Source of the DNA: Candidatus Planktophila sp. | GTDB taxonomy: Bacteria > Actinomycetota > Actinomycetes > Nanopelagicales > Nanopelagicaceae | Reading direction: 5' to 3' | Assembly: GCA_044236295.1 (NCBI GenBank) | Contig: JBIIGW010000001.1 | Location: 1 to 34,726, forward strand | Length of the DNA stretch: 34,726 nt | Shown here: one piece after another, positions 1 to 8,725 of the stretch | Layout: every line of letters starts with the position of its first letter | Position numbering within the stretch: the stretch's first letter is position 1 | Notes under the pieces: model-generated | Told to the model about the DNA's origin: nothing | The model's database searches: none | Seen by the model: the letters and a program-made list of their open reading frames with translations, nothing else | Program-made: the position numbers and the translations under genes

Positions 1-172
1 ACTCTTCAGCAATCTGTAGCGCCTCGGCGCCATTAGCTGCAGTGCGAACATCAAATCCCACAAAGCGAAGACTTGTTGAGATCAGTTCGCTGATGCTTGC
101 TTCATCATCAACGACAAGAATGCGTTGTCCGTTAGTAGTTTTTGTATTAACTCTGTCTAGTGTGGTTGTCAT
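1..172 (-). CDS. OmpR/PhoB-family response regulator, N-terminal receiver domain (runs off window start)
   Basis: Not in the ORF track. Manual translation from ATG at 172: MTTTLDRVNTKTTNGQRILVVDDEASISELISTSLRFVGFDVRTAANGAEALQIAEE. The ILVVDDE receiver motif resembles actinobacterial PhoP/TcrX-type regulators. Confidence 0.9.
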   Translation of the reverse strand, partial: MTTTLDRVNTKTTNGQRILVVDDEASISELISTSLRFVGFDVRTAANGAEALQIAEE

Positions 173-193
173 GGCTACACAATGCTCTCACAA

Positions 194-211
194 ACTGAAG
201 ATTGCCTGAGA
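194..211 (-). promoter_or_regulatory. Possible OmpR/PhoP-type direct-repeat autoregulatory site
   Basis: Minus strand TCTCAGG-CAAT-CTTCAGT (7-4-7, 11 bp period), 22-39 nt upstream of the regulator ATG; resembles the M. tuberculosis PhoP box TCACAGC-N4-TCACAGC. Confidence 0.35.
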
Positions 212-268
212 ATAGGCCTAATTTCACACGGGAAATAAGGTGGTTACACCTTAGGTAAAGAGGTTTCC

Positions 269-2314
269 CTAGCTTTCTTTCACACTGCGTAGCAGAACCT
301 GAGCAACATCTAAAACCTCAACAGCAGATTCCTTTGCATTCATTCCATCACTTGTCATTACGCGACAGAACGGACAGGCAACTGCAAGCTCTGTAGCACC
401 AGTTGCAATCGCTTCTTCAACGCGGTTGATATTAATACGTGAACCAATTTTCTCTTCCATCCACATTCGCCCACCACCTGCCCCGCAACAAAATGAGCGC
501 TCTTTATTTCGTGGCATCTCAATGATTTCAATACCTGTTGCTTCCAAAACTTCGCGAGGTGGCTGATAGATCTCGTTGTGTCGGCCCAAATAACAAGGAT
601 CATGGAAAGTCATTGCAGTGTGAGACATCTTTATTGGGACCAATCGCTTTTCGCGAATGAGCTGATTAAGAAGTTGTGTGTGGTGAACCATCTCTAACTC
701 ATAGCCTTGTTGTCCGTAGTCACGACCAATTGTTGTAAAGCAGTGAGGGCAGGTAACAACAACTTTCTTCTTACCCTTTGGTCGATCGCCAAACACTTCT
801 TTAAAGGTTTCAATGTTTTCGCGAGAGAGAATCTGATATAAAAATTCATTACCGGCCCGACGTGCAGGATCGCCAGTACATGTCTCTTTCTTACCTAAGA
901 CTGCAAAGTTAACGCCAGCCATATACAACAACTCTGCAACTGCCTTTGTTGTCTTTTTTGCACGCTCTTCATAAGCACCGGCGCAGCCAACCCAGAACAA
1001 ATACTCAACATCTTCAGGTAGCGCGCCTTCAATGACATTGACCGGAAAATCACACTCTGCAATCCATGCTTCACGATCTGTGCGATTGGCACCCCAAGGG
1101 TTTCCACTCTTTTCAAGATTTCTAAACGTTCCACCAAGCTCAGAAGGAAACTCTGATTCAACTAACACTTGGAAGCGGCGCATATTTACGATGTGATCAA
1201 TATGTTCGATATCAACTGGGCACTCATTTACACATGCACCACATGTTGTACATGACCACAAGACATCTAGTGAGATAGGTGAAAGATCGCCAACCAGGGC
1301 TTCGTTTTCAACGGTTTTTGCAAAGGCGTGATCGCGCATGGCCATAATCAAAAGCTTTGGTGACAATGGTTTTTCTGTATGCCAAGCAGGACACTGTGAC
1401 TGACAGCGCCCACACTCTGTACACGATGACATATCCAACAAACCTTTCCAGGTTATGTCAGCGCGAGTTCCTAAACCAAATACATCATCTTCTTTTGGAT
1501 CTTCAAAGTTAATCTCTTCACCGTGCGAAAGCATTGGAGGCAGTGCGCCCAGGGATGATGCACCATCAGCGTTGCGGCGATAGAAGATATTAAACGGTGC
1601 CAAGAAACGGTGCCATGCAATACCCATAGTTAGATTTGATGCAATAACAATAAACCAGAGCATCGATGAAACAATTTTAATTGTTGCAACAATCTGTATC
1701 CACGAAGTGATCTGGGTTAGAGACATTGACTTAAACATGTCTGCGATAAACCATGTAGTAATAAAATGACGGTTCCACTCTGTTTCATCAGAGAGCGCGC
1801 CCTCTAAACCACGAAGTGCAATCACGCAGAAAACAATGACCAAAATTGTGGCTTCAACGTAATAGGCCTTACCCATTCCAGAACCTGCAAAGCGTGATCG
1901 CTTGTTACGCAATCTAGTTACTTGGCGAATACCGATCAGTGCAACGATTCCAATACCTGTTGTCCATGCAACTAGCTCAACAAAGTATTCATAAGGCCAG
2001 AAGTGACCAATAACAGGGAGTGCGAAATGCGGATCAATTAACTGACCGTAAGCTGTTACCAATGTTCCAAAGAGTCCAAAGAATCCGATCATGACAAACC
2101 AGTGCGCAATTCCGACAACTGAAAAATTGAGCATCTTGCTGTGACCTAAAATCTCACCAGCTGCCATCTTTAAACGCTGCAACTTATCGTTGCGACGCGT
2201 TGGATCCGGTTGACCTTTTTTATAAATAGCGATCAACGCCTTTGTTCGCACTGCAAGAAGCACCAGTGCAATAACAGTGACGCCGTAGGCAAGACCGGCT
2301 AGACCAAGATTCAT
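269..2314 (-). CDS. fadF: Membrane Fe-S oxidoreductase, FadF/EtfD (Rv0338c)-like, heterodisulfide-reductase related
   Basis: N-terminal TM helices with His residues, two ferredoxin motifs (CTECGRCQSQCP, CTTCGACVNECP) and two cysteine-rich CCG domains (GCAG...ETCTGD...TCPHC; HDPCYLGR...CCGAGGG...ACPFC). Confidence 0.85.
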   Translation of the reverse strand: MNLGLAGLAYGVTVIALVLLAVRTKALIAIYKKGQPDPTRRNDKLQRLKMAAGEILGHSKMLNFSVVGIAHWFVMIGFFGLFGTLVTAYGQLIDPHFALPVIGHFWPYEYFVELVAWTTGIGIVALIGIRQVTRLRNKRSRFAGSGMGKAYYVEATILVIVFCVIALRGLEGALSDETEWNRHFITTWFIADMFKSMSLTQITSWIQIVATIKIVSSMLWFIVIASNLTMGIAWHRFLAPFNIFYRRNADGASSLGALPPMLSHGEEINFEDPKEDDVFGLGTRADITWKGLLDMSSCTECGRCQSQCPAWHTEKPLSPKLLIMAMRDHAFAKTVENEALVGDLSPISLDVLWSCTTCGACVNECPVDIEHIDHIVNMRRFQVLVESEFPSELGGTFRNLEKSGNPWGANRTDREAWIAECDFPVNVIEGALPEDVEYLFWVGCAGAYEERAKKTTKAVAELLYMAGVNFAVLGKKETCTGDPARRAGNEFLYQILSRENIETFKEVFGDRPKGKKKVVVTCPHCFTTIGRDYGQQGYELEMVHHTQLLNQLIREKRLVPIKMSHTAMTFHDPCYLGRHNEIYQPPREVLEATGIEIIEMPRNKERSFCCGAGGGRMWMEEKIGSRININRVEEAIATGATELAVACPFCRVMTSDGMNAKESAVEVLDVAQVLLRSVKES

Positions 2315-2358
2315 TGGGTAAGGCTAAGGCAAGGCTTGGATAAGGCCAGAGCAAAAAC

Positions 2359-2378
2359 AGAGTCAGGATCCTGACCCT
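2359..2378. promoter_or_regulatory. Palindrome, candidate operator in the divergent fadF/dnaK intergenic region
   Basis: Perfect 14 bp palindrome GTCAGGATCCTGAC (2362-2375), extending to 20 bp with one mismatch (AG-A...C-CT). Confidence 0.4.
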
Positions 2379-2404
2379 GGAATAAAGCCGCAGGCCCCGG
2401 TGTT
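2379..2404 (+). promoter_or_regulatory. SigH/SigR-type ECF promoter of the dnaK operon
   Basis: GGAAT (2379-2383)-N18-GTT (2402-2404), an exact match to the actinobacterial SigR/SigH consensus, upstream of dnaK. Confidence 0.75.
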
Positions 2405-2417
2405 CACTGAGTAGAAA

Positions 2418-2438
2418 CCTGAGTCGCGACGACTCAAC
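2418..2438. promoter_or_regulatory. HAIR operator 1 (HspR binding site)
   Basis: CCTGAGT-N7-ACTCAAC versus consensus CTTGAGT-N7-ACTCAAG; hspR is in the downstream operon. Confidence 0.88.
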
Positions 2439-2440
2439 CT

Positions 2441-2461
2441 TTTGGGTATGATCGACTCAGG
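2441..2461. promoter_or_regulatory. HAIR operator 2 (HspR binding site)
   Basis: TTTGGGT-N7-ACTCAGG, in tandem with HAIR 1. Confidence 0.75.
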
Positions 2462-2527
2462 TTCAAACGGTCCTCGACCCTAAATCAGGCTCGAGAGTGA
2501 AAAAACAGCGTAAAAGGAGAACACATT

Positions 2528-4363
2528 ATGGCCAGAGCAGTCGGAATCGACCTCGGAACAACTAACAGCTGCGTATCTGTACTAGAAGGTGGCGAGCCAA
2601 CGGTTATCGCAAATGCCGAAGGTGCCCGCACCACTCCATCGATTGTGGCCTTTGCCAAAAACGGCGAGGTCCTGGTCGGAGAAGTAGCCAAGCGCCAAGC
2701 AGTCACAAACGTTGAACGCACTATTCGTTCGGTCAAGCGCCACATGGGTACTAACTGGACTATTGATATTGATGGAAAGAAATACACATCACAAGAAATC
2801 TCAGCGCGCGTGCTTCAAAAACTAAAGCGCGATGCAGAGGCTTACTTAGGTGAAACAGTGACGGACGCGGTAATTACTGTGCCGGCATATTTCAATGACG
2901 CGCAACGTCAAGCAACTAAAGAGGCTGGCGAAATTGCAGGACTTAACGTTCTTCGCATCATTAACGAGCCAACTGCTGCAGCGCTCGCTTACGGATTAGA
3001 CAAAGCTGACAAAGAGCAGACAATACTTGTCTTCGACCTTGGTGGTGGAACATTTGACGTTTCACTTCTAGAAATCGGTGACGGAGTTGTAGAAGTTAAG
3101 GCAACTAACGGTGATAACAATCTTGGTGGAGATGACTGGGATCAAGCAGTTGTTGACTACTTAGTTCAAACATTCGGTTCTAAAAACGGAATCGATTTAA
3201 CAAAAGATAAGATGGCGATGCAGCGCGTTCGTGAAGCTGCAGAAAAAGCAAAGATCGAACTTTCATCATCGCAACAAGCATCTGTTAACTTGCCATACAT
3301 CACAGTTGATTCAGAAAAGAATCCACTGTTTATGGATGAGACAATTACTCGAGCACAGTTCCAGCAGCTAACTTCTGCTTTGCTGGAGCGCTGCAAGAAG
3401 CCATTCCAAGCAGTTCTAAAAGATGCTGGAATCCCAATTGCAAAGATTCAATCAGTTGTAATGGTTGGTGGATCAACTCGTATGCCAGCAGTTGTTGAAC
3501 TTGTTAAAGAGTTAACTGGTGGCAAAGAACCTAACAAGGGCGTTAACCCTGATGAGGTTGTTGCAGTTGGCGCATCCTTACAAGCTGGCGTTTTAAAGGG
3601 AGAAGTTAAAGATATTTTGCTTCTAGACGTTACTCCGCTCTCACTTGGTATCGAAACCAAGGGTGGCGTGATGACTAAGTTGATCGAGCGAAATACAACG
3701 ATCCCGACAAAGCGCAGTGAAGTATTTACAACTGCCGATGACAATCAACCAGCGGTACAGATTCAGGCCTATCAAGGCGAGCGTGAAATGGCTACTTACA
3801 ACAAGAAGCTAGGAATGTTCGAACTAACAGGTCTGCCTCCTGCACCACGTGGGGTGCCTCAAATCGAAGTTACATTCGATATTGATGCAAACGGAATTGT
3901 TCACGTATCTGCAAAGGATCTTGGAACAGGAAAAGAACAGAGCATGACCATCACTGGTGGCTCGGCACTTTCTAAAGAAGAGATCGAGCGCATGATGGCT
4001 GATGCAGAATCACACGCTGATGAAGATCGCGCCCGTAAGGAAGAGGCAGAGATTCGAAACGCTGGAGATTCACTTCTTTACTCAACTGAAAAGTTCATCA
4101 AAGATAATGAAGAGAAGTTATCTTCAGGTGATGCAGCCGAAAAGAAGACAGAGACAGAGGCAGCTCTAGAAGAGTTAAAGACAGCCCTTGGCGGTTCTAA
4201 CTACGAGATGATTAAGTCAGCAACAGAAAAAGTTGCAACTGTTAGCCAAGCGTTAGGTGCTGCTCTTTATGCAGCAGGTGCTGCTGCAGAGGGTGAAGCA
4301 AACTCAGCCGATGACGGTGTTGAAGACGCCGAAGTTATTGAAGAAGAAAATCAGAAGGCATGA
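2528..4363 (+). CDS. dnaK: Chaperone DnaK (Hsp70)
   Basis: [25 protein letters not shown] motifs; short Gram-positive-type NBD; SD AAGGAGA upstream. Confidence 0.99.
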   Translation: MARAVGIDLGTTNSCVSVLEGGEPTVIANAEGARTTPSIVAFAKNGEVLVGEVAKRQAVTNVERTIRSVKRHMGTNWTIDIDGKKYTSQEISARVLQKLKRDAEAYLGETVTDAVITVPAYFNDAQRQATKEAGEIAGLNVLRIINEPTAAALAYGLDKADKEQTILVFDLGGGTFDVSLLEIGDGVVEVKATNGDNNLGGDDWDQAVVDYLVQTFGSKNGIDLTKDKMAMQRVREAAEKAKIELSSSQQASVNLPYITVDSEKNPLFMDETITRAQFQQLTSALLERCKKPFQAVLKDAGIPIAKIQSVVMVGGSTRMPAVVELVKELTGGKEPNKGVNPDEVVAVGASLQAGVLKGEVKDILLLDVTPLSLGIETKGGVMTKLIERNTTIPTKRSEVFTTADDNQPAVQIQAYQGEREMATYNKKLGMFELTGLPPAPRGVPQIEVTFDIDANGIVHVSAKDLGTGKEQSMTITGGSALSKEEIERMMADAESHADEDRARKEEAEIRNAGDSLLYSTEKFIKDNEEKLSSGDAAEKKTETEAALEELKTALGGSNYEMIKSATEKVATVSQALGAALYAAGAAAEGEANSADDGVEDAEVIEEENQKA

Positions 4364-4863
4364 GCGAGCCAACGGCAGCAACTGAAGAAGTAAACGCAGA
4401 GACCTCTGTAGAAGATGTTGAAGCTGCTGCACCGGGTCAGGTAACTGATCCGGTTGCAGCACTTACAACCGACTTACAACGGCTGCAAGCTGAGTATGCA
4501 AACTACCGAAAGCGCGTAGAGCGCGATCGCGCAGTTGCACATGAGAACGCAGTAGCTGCAGTTCTCAGCGAACTTCTATCGCTACTCGATGACATTGATC
4601 GCGCAGAAGAACATGGCGAACTAACTGGTGGCTTCAAAGCAATTGCAGAGCAGTTGAACTCCATTACTTCTCGAATTGGTTTGGAAAAATACGGCGCTGC
4701 AGGTGATGCTTTTGATCCACAAATTCACGAAGCGCTAATGCATGATGAGCCATCTGATGTTGCTGTTGCAACAGCGGTTAAGATTTTGCAATCTGGCTAT
4801 AAATACAAAGAGCGTGTTTTGCGTCCTGCACGAGTATCCGTTACTGAACCAACTGGAGCGTAA
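4360..4863 (+). CDS. grpE: Nucleotide exchange factor GrpE
   Basis: [24 protein letters not shown]...VLRPARV motifs; ATGA overlap with dnaK. Confidence 0.97.
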   Translation: MSEPTAATEEVNAETSVEDVEAAAPGQVTDPVAALTTDLQRLQAEYANYRKRVERDRAVAHENAVAAVLSELLSLLDDIDRAEEHGELTGGFKAIAEQLNSITSRIGLEKYGAAGDAFDPQIHEALMHDEPSDVAVATAVKILQSGYKYKERVLRPARVSVTEPTGA

Positions 4864-4868
4864 TTTAA

Positions 4869-5783
4869 ATGGCGGCCAAAGATCTTTACGAAAAGGATTT
4901 TTATAAAACCCTTGGCGTAGATAAAAAAGCCGGCGCCGATGAGATTAAAAAGAAGTACCGCGCATTGGCCCACGATCTTCATCCAGATAAAACAAAAGGT
5001 GATGCGGCTAAAGAAGATAAGTTCAAAGCTGTATCAGAGGCCTACGAAATACTCTCCGATGATAAAAAGCGCGCCGAATACGATGAAGCACGCTCACTGT
5101 ATGAACGTGGTGGCTTTCGCGCACCACAAGGCGGGCCAGGGGCTGATTTTTCAGACATGTTTGGCAGTGGCAACCCACAAGATATTTTTGCAAACCTTTT
5201 TGGTGGCGGAGCTCGTCGTGGACCACGTAAAGGACAGGATTTACAAACAGAGGCAACAATCTCTTTTCGTGAATCTGTATTTGGCACAACGTTAGATCTT
5301 CGTCTTGCTACAGATCGTGGACTTGCACAAAATATTTCTGCGCGAGTTCCCGTGGGCGTTAATGACGGTGCAAAGATTAGAGTTAAAGGCAAAGGCGCAG
5401 CAGGTGAAGCTGGTCCTGGCGACTTGTTTATTTTGTTAACAGTAAAGCCTCACCCAATTTTCTCGCGTGCTGGTGAAAACTTAACGTTGAATCTGCCTGT
5501 GACATTTACAGAAGCAACGTTGGGCGCAGATATAAAAGTGCCAACGCTAAGTGGTGATGATGTAACTGTGCGAATTGCACCAGGCACATCTAACGGACGC
5601 ACGTTGCGCGTAAAGGGTCGAGGAATCGCAAAAGGCAGCACAACAGGTGATTTATTAGTAACTATTCAAGTTCAGGTACCGCAGCGAGTAAATGAAAAAG
5701 CAACTGAAGCACTTAAACAATTTGCAGAAGCAACAGCAGAAGAAGATGTTCGCTCTGACTTTGTAAAGAAGGCAAAAATATGA
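4869..5783 (+). CDS. dnaJ: J-domain co-chaperone DnaJ, lacking the zinc finger (class B architecture)
   Basis: J-domain with HPD, G/F-rich linker and C-terminal domain; no CxxCxGxG repeats and no cysteine in the protein. Confidence 0.93.
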   Translation: MAAKDLYEKDFYKTLGVDKKAGADEIKKKYRALAHDLHPDKTKGDAAKEDKFKAVSEAYEILSDDKKRAEYDEARSLYERGGFRAPQGGPGADFSDMFGSGNPQDIFANLFGGGARRGPRKGQDLQTEATISFRESVFGTTLDLRLATDRGLAQNISARVPVGVNDGAKIRVKGKGAAGEAGPGDLFILLTVKPHPIFSRAGENLTLNLPVTFTEATLGADIKVPTLSGDDVTVRIAPGTSNGRTLRVKGRGIAKGSTTGDLLVTIQVQVPQRVNEKATEALKQFAEATAEEDVRSDFVKKAKI

Positions 5784-6193
5784 GCGAGAATTCACAAAAC
5801 GATTCACAGAACAACGCACAGACTTCAATCCCAGATGATGACGCAGGTGTCTACGTTATTTCTGTTGCCGCCGAAATCTCTGGCATGCATCCACAAACTT
5901 TGCGTCAGTACGACAAGTTAGGTCTCGTATCTCCTTCACGCACAGAAGGTCGCAACCGCCGCTACTCTTTGCGCGATATTGCTCTGCTTCGTGCGGTACA
6001 AAAATTAGTGGGAGAAGGAATCAACCATGCAGGTATTAAGCGCATCATCGAACTGGAATCGGCGATGGCTAATTTATCTGTTGAAGTTGCCCAACTTCGA
6101 ATCGAAGTAGATGCGCTGATCAAAGAGAACCCACCAAAAGGATTAGCAACCCGACGCAAGGGCGAAGTAATCGTTTATAAGCAAGAAAAGTAG
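5780..6193 (+). CDS. hspR: MerR-family heat-shock repressor HspR
   Basis: VYVISVAAEISGMHPQTLRQYDKLGLVSPSRTEGRNRRYS; fourth gene of the dnaK operon; HAIR sites upstream. Confidence 0.95.
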   Translation: MSENSQNDSQNNAQTSIPDDDAGVYVISVAAEISGMHPQTLRQYDKLGLVSPSRTEGRNRRYSLRDIALLRAVQKLVGEGINHAGIKRIIELESAMANLSVEVAQLRIEVDALIKENPPKGLATRRKGEVIVYKQEK

Positions 6194-6206
6194 TTAAGGT
6201 TTACCT

Positions 6207-6740
6207 ATGAGCGCCCGTGATGATTTAAAAAAGCAGATTTTAGAAAAGGCAGTTGTTCACGGAAAAGTCATTCTTTCAAGCGGTAAAGAGGCCGATTACT
6301 ACGTCGATCTTCGCCGAGTAACTCTGGATTCGGTAGCTGCGCCATTAGTTGGCCAAGTAATGCTGGATTTAACAAAAGATTTAGATTTTGATGCCGTCGG
6401 TGGATTAACACTTGGGGCAGATCCTGTTGCTACAGCAATGATGCATGTGGCTGCTGCGCAAGGTAGAAAGATTGATTCATTTGTAGTTCGCAAAGCAGAA
6501 AAAGCACACGGCCTACAACGTCGCATCGAAGGTCCAGATGTAAAGGGCAAACGAGTTATCGCTGTTGAAGATACCTCTACAACTGGTGGCTCAGTTTTAA
6601 CAGCAGTTGAAGCATTAATTGAGGCAGGTGCAATAGTTGTTGCAGTCGCTGTCATTGTTGAAAGAGGCGCAGAGCCAAAGATTAAAGAAGCTGGCTATGA
6701 ATACCGAGCTGCATATCAACTAGCCGATTTAGGTTTGTAA
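6207..6740 (+). CDS. pyrE: Orotate phosphoribosyltransferase
   Basis: LSSGKEADYYVD, RKAEKAHG and PRPP-binding VEDTSTTGGS motifs. Confidence 0.95.
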   Translation: MSARDDLKKQILEKAVVHGKVILSSGKEADYYVDLRRVTLDSVAAPLVGQVMLDLTKDLDFDAVGGLTLGADPVATAMMHVAAAQGRKIDSFVVRKAEKAHGLQRRIEGPDVKGKRVIAVEDTSTTGGSVLTAVEALIEAGAIVVAVAVIVERGAEPKIKEAGYEYRAAYQLADLGL

Positions 6741-6744
6741 AACC

Positions 6745-7389
6745 CTAACCTTGTTGCGTGCCGCGCGCTCTTCGCGTTTTATAAATCTCAAGAAAAACAG
6801 GCGTTAAGCTAATTGCAATAATTACAAGCACAACATAAAGAATGTATTTGCTGATCGAGACATCAAAAACATCGCCTAGAACATAACCCAAACCAATAAC
6901 TGTCTGCGTCCAAACAATTCCACTGACAGCATTCCAGAATCGAAATTTCTTTTTATCAATACCAACTACCCCACACACTGGAGTAATGAGTGTGCGAACA
7001 ACCGAAATAAACTTAGATAAAACTAAAGCTTTTCCAACACCGTATTTGACCAACCATTTTTCTGCCTTAACAACATTTTTTTGATTGAAGTATCGTCCAT
7101 CGGGGCGGTCAAAGAGTTTTCTTCCATACTTTGCCCCGGTCCAATATGAAAATTCACCTGCGATGATTGCAACGATTGGAGCCAGAATAAACAGCAGTGG
7201 GGCGGAAACCTGTGCATCGCCAAAAACCAAAGTACCAGCATTAGATGCTGCTAAACCTGAAAGAAATAAAAGTGTGTCACCACCTGGTAAAACCAAACCA
7301 ATTAATAGACCGATCTCCGCAAAAATCATAAAGAGAATTCCGACTAAACCCAGGTTTGAAACAACAACATTAGGGTCGAAATAATTCAT
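6745..7389 (-). CDS. dedA: DedA family membrane protein
   Basis: FAEIGL...LPGGDTLLF and KFISVVRT DedA motifs; hydrophobic segments. Confidence 0.88.
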   Translation of the reverse strand: MNYFDPNVVVSNLGLVGILFMIFAEIGLLIGLVLPGGDTLLFLSGLAASNAGTLVFGDAQVSAPLLFILAPIVAIIAGEFSYWTGAKYGRKLFDRPDGRYFNQKNVVKAEKWLVKYGVGKALVLSKFISVVRTLITPVCGVVGIDKKKFRFWNAVSGIVWTQTVIGLGYVLGDVFDVSISKYILYVVLVIIAISLTPVFLEIYKTRRARGTQQG

Positions 7390-7458
7390 AGAGATACTTT
7401 ATCGGTAGTTGTAGAGGCAAGATCGCCGACGGAGTCAGCAGAGGTGTAAACTAAAGTA

Positions 7459-8625
7459 GTGAGCCAGACAAGCCCTTTTTTAAAGACACGCATCGCAGTA
7501 ACGATCCCATTCATTATTAATGGTGCAGTGCTTGGCGCGCTCTATGGACGCGTACCCGATTTCAAAAACCAATTTCAGATAACTAATAGCGCTCTGGGCT
7601 TTGCACTCCTTTGTGTTGCCGCAGGTGTACTGATCGGACTTGGCTTTTCTGGGCGACAATGCGCTAAAAGAGGAAGTGCACCTGTAGTAATCGCCGCTTC
7701 ATATGCTCTGGCAATCTCTGTAGTAATTGTGGGATTAACTAATTCATTTATCCTGCTATGTCTGGCATTTGTAGTTTTTGGTGCCTGTCTTTCAACTCAA
7801 GATGTTGCAATGAATTCACATGCAATAGTTTTAGAACACGAAGCAGACAAGCGTTACATGAGTACTTTTCACGCAATGTTTTCAATTGGTGCTTTAGGTG
7901 GAGGTGTCATTGGCGGAATCTTTTCGCAAAACGAAATCTCAATATTTTCTCAATCTTTATTTACGGCGATATTAATTGTGGTTTCAATTTTTCTCGTCCG
8001 CAATTACTATTTGCCAGCTGCTAGTGATCAACACCCACTTGTTTCAAGGAAAAATGTAAGCAGGCCTAAAGTATTTCTTTTCGTTGGCTTACTTGGAACA
8101 TGCGCAGCGATTGGAGAGGGATCTGCAGGTGATTGGGGCGCTGTCCTAGCTCGAGATACTTTTAATGCAACACCTTTTGTCTCCACACTTCCTTACATTT
8201 GTTTTTCTGCTGCGATGGTTCTTGGTCGTTTATTCGGCGATCGATTAGCGAAGCGATTTGGACCGATAAAGTTAATTATTGTTGGTGGCTCAATTGCAGG
8301 TATTGGTTTAGCTGCAGGATTAATTGTTGGTGGAACCGGCGGGGTTATCTTTGGTTGGCTCTCCATGGGCATTGGTCTTTCAACCGTAATCCCTATGTTG
8401 TTTTCACAGGCGGGTGAGATTGCAAAGTCCAGACCCGAATTAAATTTTGCGCCATCAGAGGCCGTTGCTACCGTTTCTGGCATCGCATACTTTGGATTAT
8501 TAGTAGGTCCTCCAACACTTGGCCTACTCGGAGATCTCATTGGATTACGGTGGGCGATGATGGTTCCGGTGATTTTGGCGATATCTTTGGTCTTGGCTGC
8601 TAGACCCGTATTACGCAATAAATAG
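7459..8625 (+). CDS. MFS transporter (YbjJ-like)
   Basis: About 12 TM segments; DVAMN, MSTFHAMFSIG, EGSAGDW and GRLFGDRL motifs. Confidence 0.85.
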   Translation: MSQTSPFLKTRIAVTIPFIINGAVLGALYGRVPDFKNQFQITNSALGFALLCVAAGVLIGLGFSGRQCAKRGSAPVVIAASYALAISVVIVGLTNSFILLCLAFVVFGACLSTQDVAMNSHAIVLEHEADKRYMSTFHAMFSIGALGGGVIGGIFSQNEISIFSQSLFTAILIVVSIFLVRNYYLPAASDQHPLVSRKNVSRPKVFLFVGLLGTCAAIGEGSAGDWGAVLARDTFNATPFVSTLPYICFSAAMVLGRLFGDRLAKRFGPIKLIIVGGSIAGIGLAAGLIVGGTGGVIFGWLSMGIGLSTVIPMLFSQAGEIAKSRPELNFAPSEAVATVSGIAYFGLLVGPPTLGLLGDLIGLRWAMMVPVILAISLVLAARPVLRNK

Positions 8626-8725
8626 GTATCAATTTGCCTTAATCGGGTCTTGGCCCTTTACACTCTGACAGTCTCGCGCCCGACCTTCAGTTTAAGGCGC
8701 CACTAACTCCAATGGAGGAGAAACT

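Noticed and set aside
2485-3744. Antisense ORFs within dnaK (2485-2787, 3166-3396, 3448-3744)
   Set aside because: Shadow frames produced by biased codon usage of the sense gene; fragmented and motif-less.
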